A stretch of 64,000 bases of DNA from a virus: positions 1-64,000 of the IMG/VR virus record IMGVR_UViG_3300032246_001438; one strand, given 5' to 3'. This document shows, piece by piece, positions 36,103 through 45,480 of this stretch. The number at the start of each line of letters is the position of its first letter. Within the stretch, counting starts at the first letter, position 1. Position numbers and translations under genes: made by a program. The notes under the pieces were generated by a model that worked only from the letters and a program-made list of their open reading frames with translations, was not told the DNA's origin and ran no database searches.

Positions 36103-39100
36103 ATGGCAATTTCCTCAAGTAAAGACTTTATCGTCTTCCCGAATGACAATTCGGGGCGCGTTTACATTAACGAGGCGTCATTTACCGCCAGCGGTACCTG
36201 GACTGCACCTGCTGGTGTGACTAGCGCCCAGGTAATTCTCGTCGGCGGCGGCGGTGGCGGCGGTGGCGGCTCTCGTGACATTGCTGGTGGCGGTGGCGGT
36301 GGCGGTCAAGTAATCGTCAAGAACCTCACTGTTACTCCTCTTACAACCTACCAAGTATCTATTGGTGCAGGTGGTCAAGGTGGGCTTGGAGCACAAAATA
36401 GCACAGCTGACGTTGTGTCAACTCTTCCAGGTGGTAACGGAACTCCAACTACATTTGGTACTGTTTCCGTATTTAACCTTTTAACAAATACAGATTTTGA
36501 TTACGGCATTAATGCTTGGGACCCAGCGGTTATTTTCCGTCAAGGTACAGGTATCTCAGGTCAGTCTTCAATCACCGTATATCCAAATGCTAACGGCCTT
36601 GCTGCTGGTATGTATGTAGCTGGTACTAACGTAGGTACTAACGCTCAGATTGTTTCTATCTCAGGAAACATCATTACAGTATCTGTTGCTAACGGTGGTA
36701 CTATTCAAGCGCCTTTGCGTTTTGATACTGGTCAGAACGTAGTACGTCCTGCAAACCAGTTCTTCTACAACGTATCTTCAGGTGAAGTTACAAACAACAC
36801 TCAGACTGTTGGCGTAGCATCTTCACCATTCTTCCAAAATCTATCTAACAACATTATGCAGCCAGAAGTTGCTCAGCTTGAAGAAGCTGCTATCCTTACT
36901 AACAACTATATTCGTCAGTTTGGTACTGCGCTATCTTCATTCTCAATCACAAACGCAGGTGTTCCAACAAAACTTGCTGAAATGGTTGGCGGATACGCTA
37001 AAGTAGCTCAACTAACTCTTAATTCAACATCTGTAACAGTTGATAGCACTCTTAACATCTTCCCAGGAATGTTTATCACAGGCACAGGTGTTGCTTCAGG
37101 TACAACCGTTCTTAGCGTTGACAGCTTGACAACACTTACAATGTCAGCTGGAGCTACACAGACTCGTGCAAGCGAGCCTGTAACAGTTTCATACACTGGT
37201 GCTTTTGGTATCAACGGTCTTATCTGCGGTACAAGCTCATCAACATCTGCTGGTGCACCTACATGGATTAGCTTCTCAAACCTTAACTCAACTACCACAT
37301 CTAACGGTACTCAGACAGTAACTGGCTTCCAGGGTGTTCCATACATCCCAGGTCAGTCATACACATTCTCTGCTTATATCTCTACTAACGTAAATATCAG
37401 CACATCAACACCAATCCTCTTCCAGATTCGTTCTGCAGGAGCTTCATGGAATGCTATCTCAAGCACTTCATACCTTGGTGGTTCTAACTCTGGTACAACT
37501 AACTCAATTGATGCTGGTCAAACTAACGGATTCTTCGTACGCCAAGGTACCCCAGCTACATTGACAAACTACGGTGGTACATTTGGTACTACAGCTACAG
37601 CATCAAACGGTGCTACAACAATGACCGTTGCTGATGCAGCAGGTATTTTGATTGGTATGGCTGTAACAGGTTCTGGTATCCAGTCAAACACAGTTGTTTC
37701 ATCTGTGGCTGGTACTTCAATCGGTATCTCACTTGCTACTAACGCACCTCTTTCAACAACAGCGGTTACATTTGCTAACCCAGCAGGTGTTCAGATGCTT
37801 GGTTCTAACGTAACTGTTGGTCAGACAGGATGGCGCCGTCTTTCAGCTACATTCTCAACACCTGCAATTGCTTCAGCGCTTGCTAACGGTCAATATGCTT
37901 GGGGCTCAACACCTCAGTTTATTGCTCCAACAATCGTCTTCCAGCAGCCATCTGTTAACTACTGGATTGACAACGTTCAGCTAGAAGTTGGTGGAACTAC
38001 AACTACATGGCGCCCACCTGTATACCGTGAAGCACAGACAGCTATGATGATGTCAACAGCTTCTACAACAGGTAACCTTGAGACATCACACCGCTTTGTT
38101 AAGGCAACAGCTGGTACTGTGTACTCAGGTTCTATGTTCGTAATTGGTGGAGGTACGTCACAGCAGTACCGCCCAGTTCGTGCTTTCCTTGAGTTCTTTG
38201 ATAAAGACTACAACTCATTGACTCGTTTTGAAGGTAACAATACATACATTGGTTTCAATGGTGTATCAACTCTTACACAGCAGATGCCTAACGTTACTTA
38301 CCCAGTACGTGTTGGTATTGCAAACCAAACTGCTCCTGTAAACACCGCATTTGTGAAGTTAGGTCTTTTGAACTTCCAGGGTGCACAGAGCGCAACAGCT
38401 AACGCAATTGAGTATCACTTCTTAGCTCCACAGCTAGAAATTAGCGCAACAAATACAGTTTATAAGGAAGTTGATAACGTCAACTACTTCTTTGCTGGAG
38501 AAGCTGGAGCAACACCTATTGTTAGCTCAGCTCTTCTAACTGCTGAAGGTGGCGGTGGTGGAGGTACATATAACTCCAACATGACTACATGGCAGTGGGG
38601 TATTGAAGGTGGCAACAATGGTGGTCACGCTGCAAACGGTTCTTACAGCTACATGACTCTTGCAGGTGGTGGAGCAGGTTCAGGTGGCCCAGGCTACAAC
38701 GCAATCTCTTACACACCAGCATTCTCAACCTCACCTTCAGGTGGTTTTACTTCAACACTTGGTAATACACACAACGTATTCCCAGCTCGTGGATTCCACG
38801 GTGGAGCGTCACAGACTAACTCTGGTACAGGTAACACTAATATTCCTGGCTTTGCTGGTGACGGTGGTGAAGGTCAGTTTATTAGCGGCCTTAACTCAGG
38901 TTCACCTCTAGGCCTACCACTTGGCGGAGGCGGTGGTGGAGCTGGTTGGACAGCCATCTCAACATCACAGCTAACACCTGGTCGCGGAAAAGCAGGCGGC
39001 GGTAAGGGTGGCGGAAACTACATCTACAACCAGTCAACTGCATCAGGCGATTACTACGCTCGTGGTCTTGACGCTATCCAGAACACTGGCGGCGGCGGAG

Positions 39101-39756
39101 GTGGTGGTGGTTCTAACAGCAACAACGACCCACTTACACCTATCTCACACGCAGCGGCTAACGCAGCAGTTAACTACGAAGCTATCTCAGCTGATTACTT
39201 CAAGTGGTCTCCTGTATATAACGCAACGCTAGCTATCTCATCACAGGCTGGGTTCTACGGTTCAAACGTTCTTCGTGCAACTATCCAAGATACTGGTAAC
39301 GCTAAGTTGGTTACAGATTGGCAATCATTCCCAATCCTTCCACGTATCCCTCTATACTTCCCAGGTGTTGCAGCTCGTCTGACAACAGCTCCTGGTGGTG
39401 TAACAAGCTCCCAGTTCCCTGGTCTTGCTAAGCGCGTTCGTCCAACAGTTCGTTGGAAAGACCAGAACAACACGCTTATCCGTGAAGACCGTCCAGCATA
39501 CGACATTATCTTTGCTGGTACTAACACAATCACATACCTAGGTGCAGTCGGCGCTACTTCAGGCTCATGGCAGACACTAGTTGCTCCAGCTAACGCAGCG
39601 TTCTTTGATGTTACATGGGAACTCTTGTACATGGACGCAGGCGATGTTGTTGATGTTGACTTCGGTGGTTGCCAGTACTACGGTTACTGGTCATTCGGTG
39701 GAAACGGTGCAGATGGTTACGCACTAGTTCGCTGGTTTGACAAGGCAGTTCTCTAA
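36103..39756 (+). CDS. Glycine-rich fibre/receptor-binding protein with CBM-like inserts
   Basis: FTASGTWTAPAGVT...VGGGGGG; NLLTNTDFD, YTFSAY, WRRLS, IDNVQLE. Confidence 0.85.
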   Translation: MAISSSKDFIVFPNDNSGRVYINEASFTASGTWTAPAGVTSAQVILVGGGGGGGGGSRDIAGGGGGGGQVIVKNLTVTPLTTYQVSIGAGGQGGLGAQNSTADVVSTLPGGNGTPTTFGTVSVFNLLTNTDFDYGINAWDPAVIFRQGTGISGQSSITVYPNANGLAAGMYVAGTNVGTNAQIVSISGNIITVSVANGGTIQAPLRFDTGQNVVRPANQFFYNVSSGEVTNNTQTVGVASSPFFQNLSNNIMQPEVAQLEEAAILTNNYIRQFGTALSSFSITNAGVPTKLAEMVGGYAKVAQLTLNSTSVTVDSTLNIFPGMFITGTGVASGTTVLSVDSLTTLTMSAGATQTRASEPVTVSYTGAFGINGLICGTSSSTSAGAPTWISFSNLNSTTTSNGTQTVTGFQGVPYIPGQSYTFSAYISTNVNISTSTPILFQIRSAGASWNAISSTSYLGGSNSGTTNSIDAGQTNGFFVRQGTPATLTNYGGTFGTTATASNGATTMTVADAAGILIGMAVTGSGIQSNTVVSSVAGTSIGISLATNAPLSTTAVTFANPAGVQMLGSNVTVGQTGWRRLSATFSTPAIASALANGQYAWGSTPQFIAPTIVFQQPSVNYWIDNVQLEVGGTTTTWRPPVYREAQTAMMMSTASTTGNLETSHRFVKATAGTVYSGSMFVIGGGTSQQYRPVRAFLEFFDKDYNSLTRFEGNNTYIGFNGVSTLTQQMPNVTYPVRVGIANQTAPVNTAFVKLGLLNFQGAQSATANAIEYHFLAPQLEISATNTVYKEVDNVNYFFAGEAGATPIVSSALLTAEGGGGGGTYNSNMTTWQWGIEGGNNGGHAANGSYSYMTLAGGGAGSGGPGYNAISYTPAFSTSPSGGFTSTLGNTHNVFPARGFHGGASQTNSGTGNTNIPGFAGDGGEGQFISGLNSGSPLGLPLGGGGGGAGWTAISTSQLTPGRGKAGGGKGGGNYIYNQSTASGDYYARGLDAIQNTGGGGGGGGSNSNNDPLTPISHAAANAAVNYEAISADYFKWSPVYNATLAISSQAGFYGSNVLRATIQDTGNAKLVTDWQSFPILPRIPLYFPGVAARLTTAPGGVTSSQFPGLAKRVRPTVRWKDQNNTLIREDRPAYDIIFAGTNTITYLGAVGATSGSWQTLVAPANAAFFDVTWELLYMDAGDVVDVDFGGCQYYGYWSFGGNGADGYALVRWFDKAVL

Positions 39757-39766
39757 GGAGTAACTA

Positions 39767-40069
39767 ATGGCAAAATATGCATTAATTGATGGCACTAAAG
39801 TCGCACAAGTAATTGTTGCCGACAATGAAGATGCTCTTGGGGTTATGGGCCAGTTGTTTGACGTCGTTGATGTCACTAATCTGGTCCCACAACCAGCTCA
39901 GAAGTGGACGTTAGAAAACGGTGTTTTCTATCCACCAATGAGTACGGCAGTTAAGGCTCTTTGGAATGGTGCAAGCTTTGATGACCCTAACGTCATTGAC
40001 GCTGAAGTTATTGAAGAAGAAGTTAAAGAAATCGAAGCCCCAGCAAAAGGAAAGAAGGCAAAGTCATAA
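39767..40069 (+). CDS. Small fibre-associated protein
   Basis: KYALI....V.QVIVAD...WT.ENGVF.PP. Confidence 0.75.
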   Translation: MAKYALIDGTKVAQVIVADNEDALGVMGQLFDVVDVTNLVPQPAQKWTLENGVFYPPMSTAVKALWNGASFDDPNVIDAEVIEEEVKEIEAPAKGKKAKS

Positions 40070-40452
40070 TGGCAATTTCATCGCAGCCAACAGTATTGGC
40101 ACAGTCTAATGATGCCTACATCAACGTTGGTGTAACAGGTCGCCTTCAGACCTTTTCAGCATCAACAGGTGCGGTATCTATCAACCCAACAAGCGGTTCA
40201 TTTATTCGTATTGCTAACCCAGTAGGTGCAGTAACTGTAACCTTTACTGGTGTGCCATCAGGATATGGAACTCGCTGGCAAGTAGAAGTAGCTAACCGCG
40301 CTTCTAACGCTGTGTCTTTCAATGGTATTACATGGGATGGTGGCTCAACGCCAACTATTGCATCTGGTACAAACAAGACAGTTTTAAAGTTTTACTCATA
40401 CGATGGTGGTTCAACCATCTACGGTGGCGTAGACTTTGCAACTATTGCTTAA
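40069..40452 (+). CDS. Fibre C-terminal-type domain protein
   Basis: ITWDGGSTPT...L.FYSYDGG.TIYG. Confidence 0.75.
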   Translation: MAISSQPTVLAQSNDAYINVGVTGRLQTFSASTGAVSINPTSGSFIRIANPVGAVTVTFTGVPSGYGTRWQVEVANRASNAVSFNGITWDGGSTPTIASGTNKTVLKFYSYDGGSTIYGGVDFATIA

Positions 40453-40467
40453 TTTATAAGATTAGTT

Positions 40468-40505
40468 CCCCACCGTCCCCAGGGACTGGTGGGGCTTTTC
40501 TTTTT
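40468..40505 (+). terminator. Intrinsic terminator
   Basis: CCCCACC-GTCCC...GGGAC-TGGTGGGG followed by CTTTTCTTTTT. Confidence 0.85.
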
Positions 40506-40522
40506 AGGGGTACAATAAGCGT

Positions 40523-41581
40523 ATGAAAATAGCCGTATACACCATAGCTCTCAATGAAGAACAGTTTGTAAAACGATGGTATGACTCTTGTAAGGAAGCA
40601 GATTACCTACTTATAGCCGATACTGGTTCTACAGATAAGACAGTAGCTTTGGCTAAGAAATTTGGCATTAACGTATTTAGTATCTCTGTAAAACCATGGC
40701 GCTTTGATGACGCCCGTAACGCAGCTCTTGCTCTATTGCCAGATGATATTGATATGTGCATCTCTTTAGATATGGATGAACTACTTGCCCCAGGTTGGCG
40801 TGCCGAGATGGAAAAGGTAAAGCCTAGTGTTAACCGAGTTAGGTACAACTACACATGGAACTTTAATCCAGATGGTTCTCCTGGTTTAACTTTCGGGGGA
40901 GATAAGATTCACTCTAGACATGGATACCGTTGGCGACACCCCGTACACGAGTGTTTATACACAGACCGTCTAGAAGTTAAAGAACAATGGATTGAATTAG
41001 GGCTTTGGCATAAAGCCGATGACACTAAGTCTCGCGGTCAATACCTACCGCTTCTTGAACTTTCAGTTCACGAAGACCCAATGAATGACCGTAACGCTTA
41101 CTACTACGCTAGAGAGTTATTCTTTAATTATCAATATGGTAAAGCTATAAAGGAATTCAAACGTCATCTATCTTTGCCCACAGCTCAATGGAAACCAGAG
41201 AGAGCAGCTTCCATGCGATACATTGCTAAGTGCTCTGAAGATGAAAAAGAAAAAGAGAAGTGGTTTCAGCAAGCTGTAAAAGAATGTCCAGAAAGACGAG
41301 AAGCGTACGTTGAGCTTGGTCAGCTTTATTATAAAGAAGGAAAGTTTGCTGAGTGTGTGACCGTATGTAAGAAAGCTTTAGCTATAGAAGTTAGACCAAT
41401 GGAGTACCTATGTGAAGAATTTGCATGGGGTTCTGTGCCTTGGGATTTGATTGCCGTATGCTCTTATTGGCTTGGAGAGTTTGAAACAGCTCTAAAATAC
41501 GGAACTAAAGCAGCTGAGCTAAGCCCGACAGATGAGCGTTTAACGGGTAATCTTGAACTGTACAAGAAAGGTATTGAATGA
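40523..41581 (+). CDS. GT2 family glycosyltransferase with C-terminal TPR repeats
   Basis: NEE...DTGSTD.T...RFDDARNAAL...SLDMDE...VHE; helical TPR tail; leaderless TACAAT-N6-ATG. Confidence 0.92.
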   Translation: MKIAVYTIALNEEQFVKRWYDSCKEADYLLIADTGSTDKTVALAKKFGINVFSISVKPWRFDDARNAALALLPDDIDMCISLDMDELLAPGWRAEMEKVKPSVNRVRYNYTWNFNPDGSPGLTFGGDKIHSRHGYRWRHPVHECLYTDRLEVKEQWIELGLWHKADDTKSRGQYLPLLELSVHEDPMNDRNAYYYARELFFNYQYGKAIKEFKRHLSLPTAQWKPERAASMRYIAKCSEDEKEKEKWFQQAVKECPERREAYVELGQLYYKEGKFAECVTVCKKALAIEVRPMEYLCEEFAWGSVPWDLIAVCSYWLGEFETALKYGTKAAELSPTDERLTGNLELYKKGIE

Positions 41582-42099
41582 GAGCCTACAATCCTGGCGG
41601 TAAGTTTGATGCCGATTTTGAAACAAATGAGATACTTGTTGGGGTTGACTCTGATTTAAAAAATCCCGTAGGAACTAAAGCACTTTGGTACATCTGGGAT
41701 TCGGATACAACTGTATTAGACCCTATCTATGATGTTGGTCAAGACAGAACTAGTGCCCTTGGCGGACGTAAATGGAAAGGTCCTTATGAATTACCAGTTG
41801 TTAAAGCGGTAATTAAACAAGGTCAAGTAAAAACCTCTGCGGTTGGTTACTATAACTCCGACGAGCTTCACCTAACTCTTAATATTGAAGATGTAGAAAA
41901 GATTGCCCCTGGGGTTATTGCTAACCCTGATAGGCAAAATAAAGGACGCATAGTTTGGAAAAACCAGGTGTACCGTCCATACGGAGTTCAAGAACGAGGA
42001 ATTGTTGCTGAAAGATTTACCTTGTTGGTAGTAGAATGTCTCCAGGTTATGCCTGAAGAAATGGTCAATGACCCTCAGTTCCAGACTTACGCTTCTTAA
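41578..42099 (+). CDS. Head closure/neck protein (putative)
   Basis: DPIYD...GRKW.GP...RIVWKNQVY; position in the morphogenesis block. Confidence 0.6.
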   Translation: MRAYNPGGKFDADFETNEILVGVDSDLKNPVGTKALWYIWDSDTTVLDPIYDVGQDRTSALGGRKWKGPYELPVVKAVIKQGQVKTSAVGYYNSDELHLTLNIEDVEKIAPGVIANPDRQNKGRIVWKNQVYRPYGVQERGIVAERFTLLVVECLQVMPEEMVNDPQFQTYAS

Positions 42100-42108
42100 G
42101 GAAACACC

Positions 42109-42258
42109 ATGGCTAAAGATACTAACCCTTGTTGGGATGGCTACGTTCAAGTAGGCATGAAGAATAAGGGTGGCAAGAAAGTTCCGAACTGCGTCCCCGC
42201 AGGCTCGGGTAAGAAGAAAGTTGCAAAACCTACTACAAAGAAAGCTGGTAAAAAATAA
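42109..42258 (+). CDS. 49-aa basic peptide with PCWDGY...VPNCVP motif
   Basis: MAKDTNPCWDGYVQVGMKNKGGKKVPNCVP...; not in ORF track. Confidence 0.8.
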   Translation: MAKDTNPCWDGYVQVGMKNKGGKKVPNCVPAGSGKKKVAKPTTKKAGKK

Positions 42259-42434
42259 TGTGTAAGTCATGTGGATGTGGCTGTTCAAAGCCAAACTGTA
42301 AGGGTGCCTGCAAAAAGACTGCAAAGAAGTCTGCAGCAAAGAAGATGTCTCCAAAGCAAAAAAAGCTTGATACAGACAAAGACGGCAAGCTAGAAGGCTC
42401 TGACTTCGCTGCCCTACGAAAGAAGAAGAAGTAA
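42258..42434 (+). CDS. 58-aa Cys-cluster / EF-hand-like Lys-rich peptide
   Basis: MCKSCGCGCSKPNCKGAC...DTDKDGKLEGSD; TAATG coupled. Confidence 0.8.
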   Translation: MCKSCGCGCSKPNCKGACKKTAKKSAAKKMSPKQKKLDTDKDGKLEGSDFAALRKKKK

Positions 42435-42574
42435 TGTGCGCTACCTGTGGCTGCATGAAGCCAAAAGATAAGCACGGCATGAAGTCCCTTAAGGAAGCTA
42501 ACAAGAAGTTTGCTAAGAAGGCTGCGCCTTCAAAAGCTAAGAAGGCATCTATGCCTAGAAAAAAAGGCATGTAA
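42434..42574 (+). CDS. 46-aa MCxxCGC Lys-rich peptide
   Basis: MCATCGCMKPKDKHG...; TAATG coupled. Confidence 0.8.
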   Translation: MCATCGCMKPKDKHGMKSLKEANKKFAKKAAPSKAKKASMPRKKGM

Positions 42575-42690
42575 TGGCGCACGACGACAAAAAGTGGACC
42601 AAAGGCATGACCCCCGCTCAGAAGAAAAAGTTTGAGAAAAAAGATGAAAAGAACGACGCTAAATTAGCTAAGAAGATTAAAAAGAAGTAA
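42574..42690 (+). CDS. 38-aa Lys-rich peptide
   Basis: MAHDDKKWTKGMTPAQKKKF...; TAATG coupled. Confidence 0.75.
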   Translation: MAHDDKKWTKGMTPAQKKKFEKKDEKNDAKLAKKIKKK

Positions 42691-42696
42691 GTAGTT

Positions 42697-42725
42697 GAGG
42701 GGCCGAAAGGCCCCTCTTTGCTTTA
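42697..42725 (+). terminator. Intrinsic terminator
   Basis: GAGGGGCC-GAAA-GGCCCCTC-TTTGCTTT. Confidence 0.85.
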
Positions 42726-42797
42726 TCCTTATATTGAGTCCATGCGGGACTCAAAGCACCACCCTTGCGTTAGACCCTGCGCTCCATTGGAGAAGTC

Positions 42798-42959
42798 ATG
42801 TCTGAAAAAGATAAAGTTGATAGAGCTTCTGATATGCAATTTAGAGAAGCTATTATTAAAAGTATCCCCGAATCAGGTGTGAGCAAGTTCTTGCTTGGTG
42901 GCGCAACAGGTTACGCGTTAGGGAAAGCGATTAAAGGTGCCGTTAAACGATATCGATAG
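42798..42959 (+). CDS. 53-aa hypothetical protein
   Basis: GGAG RBS; MSEKDKVDRASDMQF...LLGGATGYALG. Confidence 0.65.
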   Translation: MSEKDKVDRASDMQFREAIIKSIPESGVSKFLLGGATGYALGKAIKGAVKRYR

Positions 42960-43272
42960 CGCTGAAGAAGCCGCGCTTTTTAAAGCCCAAGAGCTTTCTA
43001 AGAAGATGACAACAAAACTTAGACATGCTGCTTTGGATGCTGCCTGGCCTTCTATGATTGTTTCTAATATGACTGTCCGTGTTAAGGACACTCAATTAGT
43101 AATTGACTACCCCGAAGACCTTCAAGAAGAAATTAATGACCTTGAATACGGCACTGGTCCTGTCCCACCAGTTTCGGTCATTCGAACTTTTTTAAACCGT
43201 ACTGACGAATATATTTCCGACATCTTTGGAAAAGACCTTATTGATGAGCTAATCAGTGAGGATGTGTTTTAA
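42937..43272 (+). CDS. Neck/tail completion protein (putative)
   Basis: AAWP...DLEYGT...PP...IR.F. Confidence 0.6.
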   Translation: MPLNDIDSAEEAALFKAQELSKKMTTKLRHAALDAAWPSMIVSNMTVRVKDTQLVIDYPEDLQEEINDLEYGTGPVPPVSVIRTFLNRTDEYISDIFGKDLIDELISEDVF

Positions 43273-43922
43273 TGGGTAACGGATTTGTTATTGCAGAAGA
43301 CCTGGCTCTTAAAACTATGTTGCAGGGTCTGACTGTGGGGGATGAGAAAAGCTCTGCTCGTCCAGTAAAAGTATGGTTTGGGTATCCAGATGTTGAAGTA
43401 AGAGCACAAGAGTTTCCATTTATGACTATAGATTTAATTGACATTGTCCCAGCAAATGACCGCCAAACATCAGGCCGTCTATATGATGGGGACTACAGAG
43501 GAACTATTGCGCCTGTAGGACGCAGCACATACTCTTATGAGATTCCAGTCGCCTATGACATTGTTTACCAAGTGACTTCGTATTCACGTCATCCCCGCCA
43601 TGATAGAGCTATTATTTTTCAGCTCTTAAATAAGTTTCCATCAAAGTTCGGAGTTATAGAGGTACCAAATGAACTTGGTACAGAATCCTCTCGTCGCTCT
43701 ATGTTCCTTGATGGATATGTAAAACGAGACGCAGTAGATGGAGAAACGGGAAACCGTCGTTTACTGCGTAATGTTTTTACAGTTAGAATAGTAAGTGAAA
43801 TGACCCCTGCTGTTGCTATAGCTGCTACACCAGCTGCTAGTAGTGTTGGTATTAACATACTTACAGAAGATGGTCAGCGTCGCACTAGTTCGTATATCCC
43901 ATCAGGTCTAACAGCTGTCTAA
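43272..43922 (+). CDS. Tail terminator/completion protein (putative)
   Basis: P.I.IDL...P.AYDIVYQV; directly before the sheath gene. Confidence 0.65.
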   Translation: MGNGFVIAEDLALKTMLQGLTVGDEKSSARPVKVWFGYPDVEVRAQEFPFMTIDLIDIVPANDRQTSGRLYDGDYRGTIAPVGRSTYSYEIPVAYDIVYQVTSYSRHPRHDRAIIFQLLNKFPSKFGVIEVPNELGTESSRRSMFLDGYVKRDAVDGETGNRRLLRNVFTVRIVSEMTPAVAIAATPAASSVGINILTEDGQRRTSSYIPSGLTAV

Positions 43923-43960
43923 TATTTGTAACCATGTCAAAATCTAAGGAGATAATTTAA

Positions 43961-45466
43961 ATGGCAGGATTTAATCGCCCAGGGGTGTACGTTCAAGAGA
44001 CGTTAAACCCTGTTCAACCAGTAGCAACTGCTACCTCCGACTCATATGCAACCTTTGCTGGTGCAAATGACCGCGGACCAGTAAGCACTCCTACTCTAGT
44101 AACTTCTTGGAGCCAATATGTTAAAGCATTTGGTTCTTGGAACACAACAGCAGCAAATGATTTGCCTATTGCTGTTTACATGTTTTTTAGTAATGGTGGA
44201 AGCGCTTGCTACGTTGTTCGCGTTGCAGCTTCTTCAACCTCAGCCGCTCGTTCATTAAATGACCGCGCTGGAAGTCCGTCAGCAACACTTGCAATTTCTG
44301 CTAATACACCAGGTACTTGGGGTAACAACCTTAACATTTCTATTTCAAACTCTAACACCACTGGTTACTTTGACTTGACAGTCTATGCAGGTGGAGTTAC
44401 TGATTCAAATATTGTTGAGCGATTTACTGACCTAAACATGACAACTACTGATACACGCTATGCGGTAACTACCGTTAACTCATCATCTGTTTACATTGGT
44501 TTAGTAGATTTGAACTCAGGTAATACAGGCGCTACTCGTAACCCAGCGGTTGTAACTAACCAAACTTTAAGCGGAGGAACTGGTGGAAACGCATTAGTAG
44601 CTTCAGATTACTCAACAGCACTTGCTTCTCTAGACACAGTAAGAAACTCTTTGGTTCTTAATGTTGCTGGTATTACAACAACTGCTGTAGTAAACGCTGC
44701 AATTGCTTACGCTGCCTCTCGTGAAGACGTGTTTGTAGTTGTAGACAGCCTAGCGCTTACCGCAACTGCCGCTCTTTCTTTAGCTGCAACATACACACCA
44801 AGTTCTTTAGCAGCTGTGTACCACCCAGCTTTGGTCATCTCTGACCCAACTACTGCTCTCGGAGCATCCTCAACTCTTACTAAGACTATTGGTGCTGCTT
44901 CTTCTGTTGCTGGAATTATGATGGCAACAGATGCTTCTCGCGGAGTATTTAAAGCACCAGCTGGTCTTCAGTCACGTGTTGCTGGCGCAGTATCTGTTAC
45001 TTCATTAACAAATGCGGAACTAGATGCTTTGAATACAGCAGCAGCACCAATTAACGCTATTAAATATGTTCCTGGTTCAGGAATCTGCGTTATGGGTTCA
45101 CGTACTCTAAAGACAGGTTATGTAGATAAGTACATTCCAGTTCGTCGTACCTTAATCTACTTACGTAAATCTCTTACTTCACTTACAGAGTTTGCAATCT
45201 TTGAGCCAAACGATGAGCAGCTATGGCGTCGTCTTGAAGCAACTGTTAACTCATTCTTAACAACTTTCTGGTCACAGGGCGGTCTCCGTGGAGCAGAGCC
45301 TAAAGAAGCATTCTTCGTTAAGGTAGATAAAGAGAACAATCCTCAGTATCTTATTGATAACGGAGAAGTACACATTGAAGTTGGCGTTTCTCTACAGCGT
45401 CCAGCTGAATTCGTTGTAATCAAAATTGGTCAGTTTGACGGTGGAACCACCGTTACTGTGGCGTAA
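43961..45466 (+). CDS. Tail sheath protein
   Basis: RPGVYVQE, FFSNGG, RGVFKAPAG, YIPVRR, FEPND..LW, RPAEFV. Confidence 0.95.
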   Translation: MAGFNRPGVYVQETLNPVQPVATATSDSYATFAGANDRGPVSTPTLVTSWSQYVKAFGSWNTTAANDLPIAVYMFFSNGGSACYVVRVAASSTSAARSLNDRAGSPSATLAISANTPGTWGNNLNISISNSNTTGYFDLTVYAGGVTDSNIVERFTDLNMTTTDTRYAVTTVNSSSVYIGLVDLNSGNTGATRNPAVVTNQTLSGGTGGNALVASDYSTALASLDTVRNSLVLNVAGITTTAVVNAAIAYAASREDVFVVVDSLALTATAALSLAATYTPSSLAAVYHPALVISDPTTALGASSTLTKTIGAASSVAGIMMATDASRGVFKAPAGLQSRVAGAVSVTSLTNAELDALNTAAAPINAIKYVPGSGICVMGSRTLKTGYVDKYIPVRRTLIYLRKSLTSLTEFAIFEPNDEQLWRRLEATVNSFLTTFWSQGGLRGAEPKEAFFVKVDKENNPQYLIDNGEVHIEVGVSLQRPAEFVVIKIGQFDGGTTVTVA

Positions 45467-45480
45467 AGGAGAGCCAATAA

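Noticed and set aside
41872-42582. 236-aa minus-strand ORF, and similarly 5219..5884 and 10439..10906
   Set aside because: Antisense shadows of coupled plus-strand genes that have RBSs and recognisable motifs.
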